From positions 18,910,001 to 18,974,000 of the forward strand of contig CM022679.1 in NCBI GenBank assembly GCA_012295275.1: 64,000 bases of DNA, given 5' to 3'. The position numbers were made by a program, and so were the translations under genes. Below the pieces are notes generated by a model. The model did no database searches and was not told the origin of the DNA. It worked only from the letters and a program-made list of their open reading frames with translations. This stretch comes from Chrysomallon squamiferum. Taxonomy: Eukaryota; Animalia; Mollusca. Shown here piece by piece: positions 43,334-59,900 of this stretch; within the stretch, counting starts at the first letter, position 1; each line of letters starts with the position of its first letter.

Positions 43334-46300
43334 CTGAAATAAAGAAAAACAGAAAAAAACATAAATATATTAAATTACAAAACTGAAGCATTTCTGAAAT
43401 GATCAGATAGTGCGCATATCTTCCATAAATGCGTTTTACGTTAAAAGTTAAATAAAGTGATTTCCATTAATACATTTTAATTTAGAAGTTAAGTATTTAT
43501 TGAAATAATTTGGTAATACACAGATTTCCATTAATATGTTTTACTTTAAAACGATAAATTGTATGTAGGATAAATATGCTGCATTAATACAGTACAATAT
43601 AAAGTATTTAAAAATTATGGTAAATCTTCTATAACATAAAGTGGAAATAAAATAATTTTGAGGTAAGTAATAAGATATAATTTCGATGATACGTTGTTTT
43701 AAAAGAACGGAAGTAGTATAAGACGAGAAACAAATTTAAACATAAATATATTTAAAGTACCAAGTTTTCTACTCTGTATATGTTCTGTGAATTTAAACCA
43801 TCACATATCACAGTGAGCTAAGTCAGCCATTCTGTAAACTTGTTATATGTCTTAAGTAAAGGTTCTAATTCATAACTCGGAAGAGACAACTCGTCACTTG
43901 GACAGTTCTTGGAACAAATTAGTTGAAATCTGGTTTCTTTCAAACATATCGTTTGTAACTGGTTATACAAATAAGTGTATGAAACAGAAAGTGAGTCAGT
44001 TTTTCTTTTTAATGTGTGTTTATAGCATGTATGACTGTATATATGTATGTATGTACTTGCATATGAGTACGTGGTTTGTCTAGCTTTCTGTGTGTGTGTT
44101 TGTGTTGTGTAATGGAATATTTTTAATTATTCTCATTCAACAGGAGCATTATAATTCAAACAATATTATTTCAAACTATTTGTTTATAAAATATTAGACA
44201 TTGCCTGTATTAGCTATAAAAACAGCCGTAGTTGAGTCAATCATGATTATATTCCGCGATAAATAAAAGCTGAAGTTCCATAATAAATAAAAACTGGACT
44301 GCCTATCTCTTATATTAGATTTATGTTGTTGTTAAGAATGATATAGATTAAATTTACTGGTGCGATAAAATTCTGTACGGTATCGGGTTTATTATCCATC
44401 GTTTATTGCTCATTAGTGTGGTTATCTTTCGCGATTTTTCTTTCTCGCTTTCTCTTTCACCGACATTGTTTATTTCAGTTTTGCACAGTAATCACCAACA
44501 CAGCCATATGCAGTCATACGTTATATGCATGTACATACACAAAAAGAACCTTTTGCTATTACAGTCAACATTTTTCTGCTGGGTTTTCAAAGATTGTGAT
44601 ATTTATTTTCATATTTAAAGTATGCTGCGTCTAATAAAATCCCTGATATTTCCTCTCATATGGTTATACAAGATATAGCTGTTCGACATGCAGTAACAAA
44701 TGTTCTTTGTTCATTTCTCATTGTGTTACAGCTTCTGAACGTATATCAGTAATAATAATTCGCTTTCTGGTTCTCTCTCCCTCCCAATCGGAGAGGGTAT
44801 ACATTTTAATTTAGTATTAGAAAATACTGGTCGGATGAAACAATGTCAGAATAACAAAAACGTTTAGAAGTCATCTTCTCTATTGAATGTCTGCTGTGAT
44901 TTTTTTGATTGATCAGTAATGTCCTTTCATTATCCGTTTCTTTTTCGATTCAATAACCTTCCAATAATATTCCGGATATGATTCCTTCGCAGCGACCAAA
45001 ATAATCTAGACGTAATGAATTTTCTAAGAAAAACTTGATGGCATTTCGTGATATCATCTAGACAGACAGAGATGAAAAATCGTCTGTAATGGCTGAAATG
45101 TGGCTGGCGACTGATAATTACATACGTTATCACTTATTGTGGTCATACAACAGGTAATCATGCAAATATTACGTAATTATTTTTCACTGTAGAAGAGTAA
45201 CACAGCGTTTTTTTAATTTTTGCAGATTTTGCTTATTAATTTTAACGGAATAGTAAAAATAATATTCATGCAACTGCAGGAACTGTCAAGTCCATATTTT
45301 CATTTTAAACTTTTCTTTAATAGTGTTATAAAACAAACGTTTTTGATTGAGATAAAGTCTTTTAATTAAGATTCGGAAAAAGAAATAATTGCCAAACTAA
45401 AGTATAGATAAACTTATGATGTAATGCAATATAATAAACATATATAAAATGTAAACATGATCAATGTCTGGAATAAATTATTTGTTTATACTAAGCTTGG
45501 TTTTTATTAATTTATCTTGCGATTATGAAAATTAGCATGCAATACTGAAAAATGACATTTCTTGCATTTTTTAAGTATCATACAAATACAAATTTTACTG
45601 ACTTGATATCTGTTGAAATTCAGTGTTTTGGGGGGCCTATACATTCATCGTTCTTTCATATTTTTTTTTTTTTTTCAAATCAATCTTTTAACGAAACGTG
45701 CCTTGCAAACCTAAGAACCATTTCCTTTACTGATGTTTTCTAAACAGTGCCCGAACTCTATACTCTTCACATTCAATTAAAAATATTTTTTACTTTTCGA
45801 TATTCACTGCTACACTGACACAAGAATGTGCATCATTCTTGAGAGCTTTATCACTCAAATGATTGTTTTGAATCACTGAAGAAATGCCATCTCATATAAT
45901 TACTATATGTGTTTTAAATCACTTACGTAATTTTCTTACGAGACGTTTACGTCTTATGCCAGCTCCACTGTTCTGTACGATGACACCTGTAAGTTTCAGA
46001 CTAAGTTGAACATAACGGTTCTATTTTCGGCTAAATTATAACATTAGATTAAAAAAAAAAAAAAACGAATAAACTTCTGGTAAAAAATGATCCCTTAATA
46101 AAAACACAAATATTAAAAATAAAAAATGGTATATAGGTAGAACATCACTAAGAAAGAAAAGAATAACTATAAGAGAATTTTGTAAACAGCCGCTCAAAAC
46201 AATAAAAACAACAGTAAGAACAAATAATTAATAAAATATACATGCTTAGATTTATAGCCGCACGCAAACACACACATCCAATTATATATCAGTATACTAA

Positions 46301-46954
46301 GTTCACACATACTTATATTCATTTACATACATACGCGCGAGTGCACACACACATACACACACATATCATATATACATCATGCATATATACGCATATACAT
46401 ACATACATATGTATACATACAAAACAATAAAACATAAATGTGATACAAACCCACATTAAATAGTGAAATTAGGACTTCTACTCACTAGAATTCCACAAAA
46501 AGTAAATTCACAATAAACTATATCAAGCCACACACGATAATACGATTAAAAATGTATAAACAGATACATCATCAAGTCTATATCACACGACCAGGTGAAC
46601 ACGCTTTGTTAATATGTAAATAAAGATAAACTAAACTGCTGTTCCAGAGAATCAATACTTCAATATGTATTAAGAAAACAATAAAACCTGCCAGTGTACG
46701 GCTCTTACCATCTGTTCGTTATACTTAAACACATTCTTGTGTTGTTAGAAGCTAATACCAGATACACAATATTTATTAACAGTAATTTATATTAAACCTA
46801 ACAGACTTATAAGTTATTTTCGTATGGAAATTCAATTACACTTACGTCCAGATAAAATGAATTGTAAAGAGTTAATTTATTTTTTCAGGAATTCAAATAA
46901 ATCAGCCCAGATGTTGATACGAACATACATTGCTATAAGTGAACCGAGACCTAA

Positions 46955-47112
46955 ACGTGTGTGTGCGTGTGTGTGTTTGTGTGTTAACTGTGTGTGTGTT
47001 TGTGTGTTAACTGTGTGTGTGTTTGTGTGTTAACTGTGTGTGTGTTTTAACTGTGTGTGTGTGTTAACTGTGTTTGTGTGTTAACTGTGTGTGTGTGTGT
47101 GGATGTTAACTG
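46955..47112. repeat. Compound minisatellite of (TG)n units punctuated by GTTAAC
   Basis: About 7 units of tgtgtg..ttaactg with variable TG length. Confidence 0.85.
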
Positions 47113-48062
47113 GAGCGAAGGTTCATGTGTGTGGGGATGTGTATGAACACTCCAGTACACACACATTGTTCTATAGTTCACTGCACTGGGTAACAATGAA
47201 GTGACAGCAGGTGTTTGAGTGTTTAACAGCCGTTATAAAGTATTATATTTTAATTTTTCTACGTTTTTTATACTTATTGTAGATGAGGTCAGGTGACAGA
47301 CACCACAATACGTATTTAGAAAGACAATCTCTGCAGAGTGGTTTCGCTCTGATACAGTTGTACAAACATGAAATAATATATTGAAATACACTATATTTAA
47401 AAACCAAATGAATTACATCAATATGACATCAATCAATATTCCTCGACTGTCTCTTCTATTTGTATACCTGTCTGTCTGTCTGTATCAGTATTTGCTATTT
47501 GCTTATACATATACATCATGTTATCCTGCCGTTCATCTCACAGTCCACATATCTGTCTATGTGTTTCAGTCCATCGATCTACTTGTCTGACTGTTGCCTC
47601 TGTCGATAGCTGTGTACACGTACATATCCATAATTTCAAAAGGAACAACAAACAATAATATTTTGCTGTTTATTAATAAAATGAATACTGAATTTTAGAA
47701 AGAAGTTTTAAAAAAGAAGAAAAATAACAAAATAAAATAAAATAAAATAAAATAAATAAATAATCTTAAGAAAAAAGAAAACTCGAAGAAAATATAATTA
47801 AATCATGAAAAATATCTAAGGTAAGATGAAACCAGCTAAACTGTTTTATGAAACACAGATCATTTCAGTCATCGGAAGATAACGAAGTGTTCAGTCTCTC
47901 TGTCTTCCCATGAGCTTTTAGAATTCACTCCAATTTACTTTTGTTTGACAGAATTTCTGACTGTGGTTAGCATAATTGGACCCACGAGGATCTCATTTGC
48001 CATTCTAGATTAACAGAAGGAAACGAGAGAAAAAGATAGATAGATAGATAGATAGATACATA

Positions 48063-48167
<105 letters not shown>

Positions 48168-51100
48168 GTGTAGATACGAATACATGTAGTCATCAAACAA
48201 TATTAATAGAGGTTTTTTTTCCTTTTTCTTTTCTTTTTCTTTTTTCTGTTTTTAGTGAAGAATATTCAGTTTCAAAGTCCAGAATGAGGGAAACACTAAA
48301 GTCACTTGTCAATTTTCTTGAGATTTTTGGAACATTGGCATTAATAGGCTCTGTAAATGGATTTTCAGAAAGAAAAAAAAAACGTATTATAAAATGATAA
48401 TAAAAATTAAAATAAAACACAATGAAAGGAAGATAATTCCTCAAAGCAGATGGAAATTAATAAGGCCCGACAAAATATTATACAGCTTTAAGAATAGAGA
48501 AAAAACATAAACAAATCTTTAAAGAAACATTTTTTTGTTGCCTTTCGTGCCACACATATACATTCATACATAGAATAAACATAAATACACATACATACAT
48601 TATAAAATACATACGTACATACTTACATACATACTTACATACATACTTACATACATACTTACATACATAGATACATACATACATGCATCCATATATACAT
48701 CCATATATACATCCACACATATCCTGACATTTGTGAGGATATGATAAGAGTTTGTCCTGTTATACCAAATCGTTCGCTAATAATACTGTCAAAATGCAGA
48801 ATGTAATCAGACAACTGAAATGCACACTCACACATTTTATAAAATACAGATTTAGAGATAAAAGTATGATGGAAACGAAATCCCTTAACCTAACTGAATG
48901 AAAGTTAACAATACAGCATTGAATTAATATTTTAATATATGAATATGTTTGGATATATCTAATTCATTCACATATATAATATGTCTCTCCTTTTGCTATA
49001 CTTTTACTTACACTAAGTAAACTGGGAGAAGCAGTTTTAATTTTCTTTCAGTTATTATGCTGTATAACTTGTTGCTCATTATAACTGATAATCACTGTTT
49101 CTGTAACTAGCACACCTACTGATAATTTACTTGTGATCACTGATTGTAACCGATTATAAAAGCACATCATTTTAGGAAAGGTTATATTAAAATTTATTTG
49201 CATATTACTTAGGGCTAATGAATTATATACTTAATATTTTAATATAAAAATCACAAGTGCGCTGCTGTTACTTTAAAAATATACGGAGCTGTTAAAAATA
49301 TTATTTAATTTGTCACTCAGTACGGCTTATTATCTTCCTTTGTCACATTCTATATATCAGCGCTGTCATTAGTGTTTTTGACGCTTTTGTTTTTACCATA
49401 CTAATGATTATTAATCTTACGAAACCGTGATAAATATTGTCGTTCTGCAAAAGTTACGTATACATTATTACACTAAATCTGTTCTGTATCGACAACAGAC
49501 AAAATTAAACTAAATTGGCTAAAAAAAAACTATCAAGATGAATGGTCATCTGTTACCAAGTCAGTGGTATAAATTTGGTAGAAATGGCGTGTATCTTGTG
49601 AATTGTTCACTCTAAAAGAGATTCTTTTACAACGATTTCATGAGTCCCATCAGATTCGCTGATTATCGCTTAGTAACCCGAATGAGATATGAATATTCAG
49701 ATATCCGGCAGGCAAAATCGGTTGTGAATTCACTTCTTTAAAAAAAAAATCTTTCCTCCTCTTGCTGGCAGTATCACACGCAAATACGAGATCAATTCGT
49801 AACATAATAAAAATAAATGGGTCTCGCATGATAAATAAGAAAGTACAAAGTGACTAAAATAGATGTCAGTTGTAATTTGTCGTTTGTCATTTGTCATGAC
49901 CCGATGGTTAACTCGAACAAATATTTGTAAACGCAACGACAAGACAACAGATAACAGACGGGGAGATACGAGTGAATAAGTTGTGAAAGGTTTTACTAAG
50001 AAAAAAAAGAGAATGATATGGCATAACGAAACTCCACTAGTTTAAAAGTAAAGCGGAAAAGAGATAAAAAGAAAGTGAAAACGTATATTTAAATAAATTT
50101 AAAATATAGTTAGGTAGGAAGGTAGATAGAGGCACATATGAAGAAAAAAGATAACGACTTAAATTCATAGAAAGAGATAGACGATAAAAAGACTGAGGAT
50201 TAAGATAAAGTAACTTTATTAACTGCAGTTAAAAAAGGCAATAAATAAAAGAATTCTAAAAACTGAATTATACAGTTTTAATTTTTTGTTTTAATCCAAT
50301 TTAATATTTTTAAATGACAAACATTAAAACACAAATAAAAAGAATTTTAATTAAGAGAAACCTTTTTTTCAAAATGCATATATATTCATTAATTGTATAG
50401 CTTTTATAGAGTAAATTGTTTTTCGTTAGAATGTTGGCAGTTTGTACACCAGTAAAATGCTAAACAACTGACCTGACATAGAAATAACGAACCCAACACT
50501 GACAAACCATTTGGGAAAATCGCCATACTTTTGTGATTAATGTCTGCAGACATTTCGGCATACACAAGTTGATTGTCTGGCTGACATTATCATCTGTTCA
50601 ATGGCAAATATTTATGTATAGCAGTTCGTTATCAGATGTATACACAGTGGGTGATAACGTTTCTTACTCTGAATACATGACAGACATTATATCTTCGAAT
50701 TTTTTCCGCCCCTCTAGGTTCCGCTATGTTACGTCCACACCCTCAGCACACCACTATACCAATACCCTAGCGAGTAAACAGCGAACACAACATTTTCTTG
50801 TTAACCAAATTTGACAAAATTCAATTATAACACATATAGTACCTAGATATCTTTCAGAAAGCAGATTGTTTTGTTCGTATATTTTATATTGTAGGTATAT
50901 ATGTCTATGTATGTTTGGTGTGCAGGTGAATGAGTGTCTATATAAACGCACACATACAAAATAATGTGCATAAAAACATGTATACATGTAGATATGTATA
51001 TGTTGTGTGTGAATGAATATATTTGTGACAGAGATAATGACAGAGTTAGATAACAATAAAGAGGGGTGAGAGAAATAATAAATACTGTGAGGTGGAGAAA

Positions 51101-51522
51101 GAGAGAGTGATAATGATAAAACAAATAAATAAAAAGGAACAAACAGATGTTTATAATATTCAATGAATTAATTAAAACATTTCACCTTTGTAATCTAAAA
51201 ATATTTTGTAGTCATTATAAACATTCACACGTGTAGATCAAGTATTGAGATTGTGTAAATATACCTCTTAATAAATGTTGCATACATGTCTGCAAATGTT
51301 TTTTTTTTCTTTTTATGTAAATTTCTACACTAAGAATGTTTGATATTAAACCTGTTATTAACTTGTGTATTTAACCACCTGCTCTACATGTGGTCATGAT
51401 ATGTAAATGCGACATTTTTATACAAAGAATTAAACTTAATTATAGCTAATTATACACAGTATGTCTATTACACATTACATCAGTCATTTGTATAATCGAT
51501 GTTAGGATTATATGAGTCAGTT

Positions 51523-51640
<118 letters not shown>

Positions 51641-53489
51641 TGAAAGTAACCGAATCTATTCATACAAATAAATGCATATTTTAAAAGAAAAGAAAATATC
51701 CGATTATCTTCATATATATTTACTCAGTTTGTTTTTATGATTTAATACAGAAACAAATTAATGGTGACGCTTCGGTAAACCTAAACCTGAAAAAAAAAAA
51801 AAAAAAAATAATAATAATAATAATAATAAATAAACAAATAAAAAATTGTCTAATATACGAAAAAATCTCTTTATGGAGTTAAATGCTTTGGAATAAGCCA
51901 TAAAATCATACACTGCCTCTCTTTAAGTACGCATCCCAAAAACATTAAGGGAAATTGTCGTCCTGAAAGTGTAAACGAAGACCCACTTAACGCTGCTGTC
52001 TGCGTCATGATACACAAATTACTGTGAGCATTATCTTGATTAAGAAATTAAGGTTACAAAGGACGTAATATATATTCCATAGTATACATTCAGTAGTTTA
52101 TAAATATCGATTCATTAAATTCCATCAGTAATATCTGACATAAATGACTGATTCTGATAGCACGGTTTCGCCCACATGATAAAGAAATCAAGTTAAATAT
52201 AAAATATATAGCTGATGCAAGTTACATTTGTTGTATGTTTTATTACTGATTATAAAGACATAATTATGTTTGTGTTACTTCTGTTGTAGTTATTAATATT
52301 TTATATTGACTTATTGGCGTATAGCCAGGTTTAAAGGTGGAAACAATTTAGCAGCCTTTATCCGCTGTACTCATAGAAAACATCTCCGGTTTACAGCTGA
52401 GAACTTCCTACTATTATTTAGTGTCAAGGTAAGTGAATGTTCATAATAAACCGGATATTCCACTCGATATTTTATGCGATCGCGCGTGCTTTAGGTGCGA
52501 TATTTGACTCAGTTTTGTCAGCAGCAATTTAGCTTTTATCTTAGCAGTAGGTATCTGTGATTAAACACGTTAATACGGTCTTGTCAGCACAGCTGATAAA
52601 TAACGACAATGGAGTTTTCAGTTCACGAGTGTCAAGTTGCATTTTATTTATTTTTACATTTAAAGAGAAGAAAAAATGTCTGTTTATTGAATTAAATCAT
52701 GAAATAATTGGTGGATACATGAACAAATATATGTGATTAACTGTTATTTTTCAAAACAGTCTGATCTTCAAGAAAGAGAAACTCTTGCCTCACCCTGATA
52801 TAAGTTGTTACGTAATGTTTATCTAATTACGTTTTCTCCACTTGACTGACACAGGTTAATTTAAGTTATAAGCAATGAGTCTAACTGTCGACATTTTTGT
52901 TCTGTTTGGAGGATAAATACATACTGATTAATAATTTTGAGGCATGTTAATGAACGGTGGTGTTGGTGGAAATAGTATTAGTAGAGGTAGCAGTGGTAGT
53001 TGTATTAATAACAGCAATAGCAGTGGCAGGAGCAGCAGTAGCAGTAGCAGTGACGTGATGGCGGTAGTGGTCATGTAGGAATTTAAGCTTGCTTTAGGTA
53101 GGTTAAAGAAAGATTAGAGAATAAAAATGCAGTGATGGTAGTAGTAATGAAAATAAATAATAAACATATTTTTAAAAAGAACTACTACATCCATATATTT
53201 TACTGTTAACGGAAATATGTGACTCGGTATCCAGTGATAACGTTAAAAAATAGAGTCACTGGTGCAATGTATACTAAGAAAAGTACATACAATAACATAT
53301 GATAAATCACTTGAGAAAAACTAGTTGGAAGGTGATATTATAATATGTGGGCGTGTAAGAGATCGAACTTCACTACGCACACGTGTACCTTCAGACGCAC
53401 TGTTATTTTAAAATTCAACCGCCGATTATTTTCGGTAATGTTGCAAAATCGATATTAAATCAATTAATCGAGATGTGTTTGAATTACTG

Positions 53490-53635
53490 ATTATAATCGT
53501 TTCACCAGTCCGCCAGTCCATGTGACATGGAGTAATTCCTCGGAGGAAAGCAAATACAAGCAGGGTTCCAAACAAACCAGGTTCCGTTATGGCTATTAAG
53601 TCAAGTTGGTAATTCAGCTTTTTCATAACCAAAAA
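53490..53635 (-). mobile_element. LINE (CR1/L2-like) AP-endonuclease remnant
   Basis: KLNYQLDLIAITE followed by a frameshifted TW codon resembles the DIIAITETWL motif; downstream HMDWRTGE resembles the DR..G.GG motif. Heavily decayed. Confidence 0.4.
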
Positions 53636-53947
53636 ATGTTATGTGACATTTTGTCTGATTGGAATTTTGAAATTCTGATGAACCTGTCAATATTTAAGTC
53701 AACTTTTGAGCCAGAGATCAGACGCGTGTTATGGAAGCGATTTTCATTCAGATATGTAAGACAGAAGCTTTTTGCATTTTGACGTCAAATCCCCCGTTAG
53801 CAAATTACTTCAATGTTGTTAGAACGGAAAGTGATAAAAACAGTTAGCCAAAGTTTTCTTGTTTCTTTCTCATTTTTTCAGTGTCTGATCATAACGGTAA
53901 AAATAAAGAAATAATTAAAAAATCAAGCGTGACATCAGACTCTATCG

Positions 53948-53991
<44 letters not shown>

Positions 53992-56900
53992 TATCATTAT
54001 TATTGTTGTTGCTGTTGTTGTTGTTATTATCATTCAGTTATGTAATAGTAGTAGTAGAAGTTATAACAATATTAATAATAATAACAGCAATATATGGTAA
54101 GGGTATCAAATATTTAAAAATAGTTCAATAAATAATAATTAATATTATAATAATAATAATAAGAAGAAGACTAAAAGATAAATAAATAAATAAACAAGAA
54201 AGAAAAACAATCATGATAATTTCATTGAAAACCAAATAATAATTCGAATTAAAACACTACTCAAAACTAAAAACTAAAACAAAACAGAAGCATAAATGAA
54301 ATATAATAAATTAACAAAGCAACAGCTATAATGTGTACATATATACCGAAACAAAACTATAAACGAATAATATCTTTAAAAAAAAAACACAAAAAAATAG
54401 AAAAATAAGAAAAAAGAAAAACCAACAACAACTAAACAAGTAAGGTAACTGGTTTTTTTTCCTTCTATTTATATATATATCCATGCATACAACAAAGATG
54501 GAAATGCTAAAGTAAGTAACAAATCAAGGATTACTCTTCCAGCACGACTTTTTCTCAGATATTCCACGTTTTTATCACTTTTCAAATAAAATCATTTTAT
54601 GGCAACGGTTTTCCACTTAATGTTAAAAGCTAACGGTAACGAAGCGTTGCGGCTTTAAACGAGATACTTTAATTACTGAGTAGAGTTTTCTGATTTGCTT
54701 CCTCCTTCTCCTTTCAAGTTAAATAATATGCCCAGTTCCTTAACAAATTGATGGAGATATCTCAACATATTGCATAGCGACTCTGTTGTTTCTTAATAAA
54801 ACAGACATTTTTCATTAATCAAATCATCAAATGGAGAAATAAACCTTAAAATGTCTCTTGGCAAATTTAGAGTTCTGTATAAAATCTCTTGGTTTACTTT
54901 AATGTTTAAAATTGCATTCATGACTTTAAACGGAGAAACTCGGCCAGACTGTGTGTACACTGTTTTAGAAAAAATATTGTGGAGCAAGACTTGCTAAAAA
55001 AAATAAAAAATAAAAAATAAAAAGAAAAGTAGTTTTTACATCATGTTAGGCTATTCCGTATAGTGCACACATTCATTTCGCCAATGTTTATATGTCACGA
55101 ACTGAACCTTATAAAACTTATGCTCCAGAGAATAAAACAGGAATTAATTATAGAAGAGTGCATTTATGTTCAAGACAACTAAATCAAACTTAAAATATTT
55201 GTTGCTATCCATTTTTTATCTATACGCATCTATGTATATGTATGTATGTATGTATGTGTATGTATGTATGTATGTATGTATATTATTATGTATGTATATA
55301 TGTATGTGTATGTATATATAAATAAGTATATATATGTATGTATGTATGTATGTACCTATGTATGTGTGTGTGTGTGTGTGTGTGTTTTGTTTATGGAAGA
55401 GCATTAATTGTGAATACATATATGCATAAAAAATATTTTTAATTATGCATGTGATCAAAATATACACTGAAGACAGACTAAATAAAATGCTGCTTGAATA
55501 TTTTTATGTGTTTATAATGAAAATACCGAAAACAGTAATACTGATTACAAAATAATATGCATCATGCAAAACTATCCAGATACGTCATCGATAACGTAAC
55601 GATTTAAAATGCAATGTGTAGACGTTTAAAAAGCAGAAAATACAGACAATACGTTGAAACAGATGTTCCTAACAGTATATACAAGCGAATACAAATAATG
55701 AAAAGTTTCCACTCCAAGTAATAACTATACAATAAAAATTTCCATTGGTCGACTTCCAGTGTGAAATGTTTTGTTCATAAGCTTTGAATCATTAGACGAA
55801 ACAGATATATGATATTTAAAAAATTATTTCATGCAGAAAATTTGTACTTATACCTTATACCTTGACAGTGTATAAATTACTTAACAAATGCTTCCACCCC
55901 CGCATCCCCGAAATACATACACACAGAGAAAGAGCGAGAGAGATTCAACCACCAGTCCATCCATCTATATAACACATCTGAATAACATCTCTGTTATTTT
56001 AATTTGGTTCAGAAATGCTAGACAATGATATCTTCTTTTTTATTATTATTATTTTTTTTTTTATTCAGCAAAATCGTAACATGAAAACACTGTAGCCAGT
56101 GAAGCCAGCGCGACATTATTTTTGTGAAATATTCAAAATCTTCATTTAAAGGTGAATAAAACCAACAAAAAACCCTCCAAAAACCAAAGACAAAAAAAAA
56201 AAAAAAAAAAAACCCAAAACAAACAACAACAAAAAACCCAAAACAACAACAACCTGAAAATAAATCCATAAAAAATAATTGAAGAAAGGAAAAAGAATTA
56301 CAGAAAAAAGTAATTGGATGTTCGAATCGCTGTATAATTAGTTTTCTAAAAATCTGTAATGGTAAACAATCTACAGGTAAACACAAGCTAGTATACTAGT
56401 ATACCAACAAAGACACGTATATATGGTTAAAGACATTTACACAAAGGTTCATAAATGTATAAAAGTAGATATACATACAGATTACATATATGTATATGTA
56501 TATGTATGTATGTATGTGTGCGTGCATGTGTATGTGTGTATACAAACAGATGTATATATATATATATATATATATATAACAAATGGACCTTTAATACAGA
56601 CTTACTACACATTGTAAAATAAGTCAACAAAAATTGATTTTATAAATGGGAACAAAGACGTATTGTTTTAACAAGATCATTTTTGGAACTGTTTAAGGTG
56701 ATAATACCGTTTATATAAAACTGTTTGATTTCACCAGATAGTCCCGCATTCAGAATAAAAAGTCAAATCTATTCCACTGTCATTCTGGAGAACGTTACCC
56801 TTTTCAGTAAATATCCTGTAGTTTGTCGCGAAACGATCTGTTATGTAAAGGCGAGGGAAAAGCCAAAAGTAAAACAGTATTACATCTGCATGTAATTAAT

Positions 56901-59900
56901 TGCCTAATGTATTTCAACTGTAACGCTCTAACTGCAGTTTTCTCTTGTAATCAGTAAACTATTCAACTTCATGATTAGAAAATTAATTTAGAAAATGAAC
57001 GGAACCACATCAAAGTGAAGAACTGAACCACATCAAAGTTAACTGCTCGGAAACATATGCTTTCGCAGTGTTACAAAATGATTCGATAAAGTAAATCGTC
57101 CGTTTGCACTTTAGCTATGCAAACATATACAGGTCCGGTTCATAAAAATATCTGCGCGCGGATAACCACATTTATTCAAAAGTTTTGTTACATCAAAATC
57201 AATCAAGATTCCTAAAAGATAATAACAACTTTCATTACAGACTTCTGCAAACGTTAATACAATAGGTAATACATTCTTAGGTTATATCTGCTTTAGACAC
57301 ACATATATACAAGCACAGGTGCGCATGAACTTTTCACACACATGTATATAGGTGCATATTTTGTCATCATCATAATTAAATGATTATAAACTGATATACA
57401 TGCTTTCAAGATATTTTTGTAATATACTGACATTATTAATTCGCTTAATCAAGTCAACGAAAATTCAATTATGTATTTTAGAAAATCTTCCTTCTTTTTC
57501 TTCTCCAGAAAACACGTCTGTTTAAGAGCTTTTCTGTAGTCCTCGGCATGCCTTCTGTTTGATGTTTGTGTTAGTTCTCATCTCACGCTGTTGTACAACT
57601 AGTTTAGTCAGTTGTTATAAACATGATAGTAAGTGGTGTGCGTGTATGTTTGAAATAAACAGTCTATTTACTTCTTTGAAAGTCTTTATATATATATTTT
57701 GTTGCAGTTTACCTTTAATAATAGAAAATCACCATAAAATAACCAGAAACACCAGAAAATAAAAGAAAAGAAACAGAAACAGAAATAAATGTACAATTTT
57801 AGCAATAAACACTTAGGTTTTATAGCCAGTTCTCAGGATGACTGCCTCTCTTTTATAAAAGCTTTCTTTAGCTTCAAATAAACTGATATATTACGAGTCA
57901 GATCCATTAGTTAAATAAAGGAGATGTCTTTCTATAGGTATATCTATTTAGATATTTTTAAATTTTATAATGTTCAGGGTTATTTTCTCTTCGTTGTCTA
58001 TAATGAATTACAACAGAAGAAAATAATTTTTCTGCTTTGTATTTCACATTCTTCTGTTTTATTACTATGAGAACAAACCAAAATGTGGTGACTATAACAA
58101 ATTTAATGCAGCTCAGAAATTATTACGACGCTCCAGCTTTTTCGCATACCTGTAAGTAAACAAAATAGGGGACAAAGACGAACCCTCCACACAATGTCAC
58201 ACTATTTTGTTTGTGTAATGGCTTATTATACGGCTGTTTGTCTCCTCACAAGGCAGCGCAAAATATAATTATCGAGAAGACAAATGTAATGTGACAGATG
58301 TGCTTTTAAGCTTTGGTAGTCAGGGCGTGTTTCCCACAGAGCTCATTTTCAGTATTATTCATATCAGAAGTGTCGTTCCTCCATATTCATATAGTATACA
58401 AAATAACAAACATCGTTAGCGCGAGGCATTGTTATTTTATACAGAACCTTTATATCTACATTCCATCCAGATGTAGCTGGTATTAAAAACACAAATCAAG
58501 TTAAACAGTGCTGTGTCCGAATTTCACGCTACCCGCAGTGAACTTTTTACTCTGTTTTACTATTTATTTAAACTAACAAATACAAATTTTAATTCTTGAC
58601 CATTTATTTTCGTCCTTATTAAAGTCTGATGTTTTCTGTTGTATTTATTTCTCTGATATAACTTATTTCGTGATCCTCTGTTGTTTCATTTCAGATTTGT
58701 CACAGAGTTTGTGGTGTCCTTTCCTCTCTGTGGGATGAGACTGAAAAAGAGTCCCTCATTATTTGTATATATCACTTAACAGCAGATTTTAAATATTCAG
58801 TTCAATGCTAAACAAAACATTTGTTTTTCTTCTAATGTAACGTAAACCAGATTTTGTATAATCACGTAAACATTTCGTTTGAGTAATTATTCTAGCTGCG
58901 ATATGTAACAATTGTATCTACTTGTTTGCTTATCTCAGCTAACAAGTACCCCATGACGTTTCCTCGCAGGTCGTCCCTGATAGAATTCAAATTAATAATA
59001 CTGTTTCAACATACACATTAGATGAAGTGGTTTAACACAATTTCTGGTATTTCTAAATATATCACCCCAATTCGTTACGTTCCCAAAACAGTTTGCAATT
59101 TTGTGAGTAAAAGAAGGACTGAACGTATTCTATTTATCATTAAGGGATCGTTATTAATGCATTTTTAACTTGTGTCTTGATACAACTGTGTACGTGTGTG
59201 TTACTGTGTGTTTGTGTAAGTATGTTGTGTAAATATAACAGACTAAAATGTCGCCTGAGATTAGGTTTCATCGCAAACTTTAGCTTTTCTGAGAAAAGCT
59301 GAATGTTTAGAGCTTGTTTCAATAACTTTTTAAAATAGATGACGTTAAGCATTTTTGAAGTACATTTAATAAATATTATTTTCCATATTTTTTATATCCA
59401 TATGAGCATCTTTCTGCATATTAAGGACATAAATAAATAATTAGGTAAGAGATAACAGATAATTATGATCTCTTAAGAGTATAGAGCGATGATTAATGAT
59501 TCAACTGAAATAGTTTATCGCAACAAATATTACTTAATATTATAATTAATATATCGTTTTGTACTACATTTACCTCAGTTTGTTTATATTTTTCTGGTCT
59601 TCTGTAGTGCTAGTTATCTAAAACTCGAATGCGAAAGATGTATCTTTTATTTATCTGTATATATATGCATATATGTGTGCCTCTTTGTATGTATCCATGC
59701 ATGTATGTATATATATATGTGTGCGCGTATGATTTTATGTACGTGTGTGTATTTTTTGTATATATTCCTGTATGATTCTGTGACTGCATTGCTGAAAAAT
59801 TTCTACAGCTGGTAAATTTCTATTTGATTCGTTTTCGTCCATGATAAATGTCAAAAAAATTCAAAAACATATCTCTAGTTTCGCTTTAATTTTCGAGAAA

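Noticed and set aside
46955-47112. Regularly spaced GTTAAC units resembling a CRISPR-like array
   Set aside because: The spacers are just (TG)n, the context is eukaryotic, and there are no cas genes.
54793-54987. 64-aa ORF with plausible composition (also 14209-14433)
   Set aside because: No motif, non-ATG start, and no convincing splice partners.
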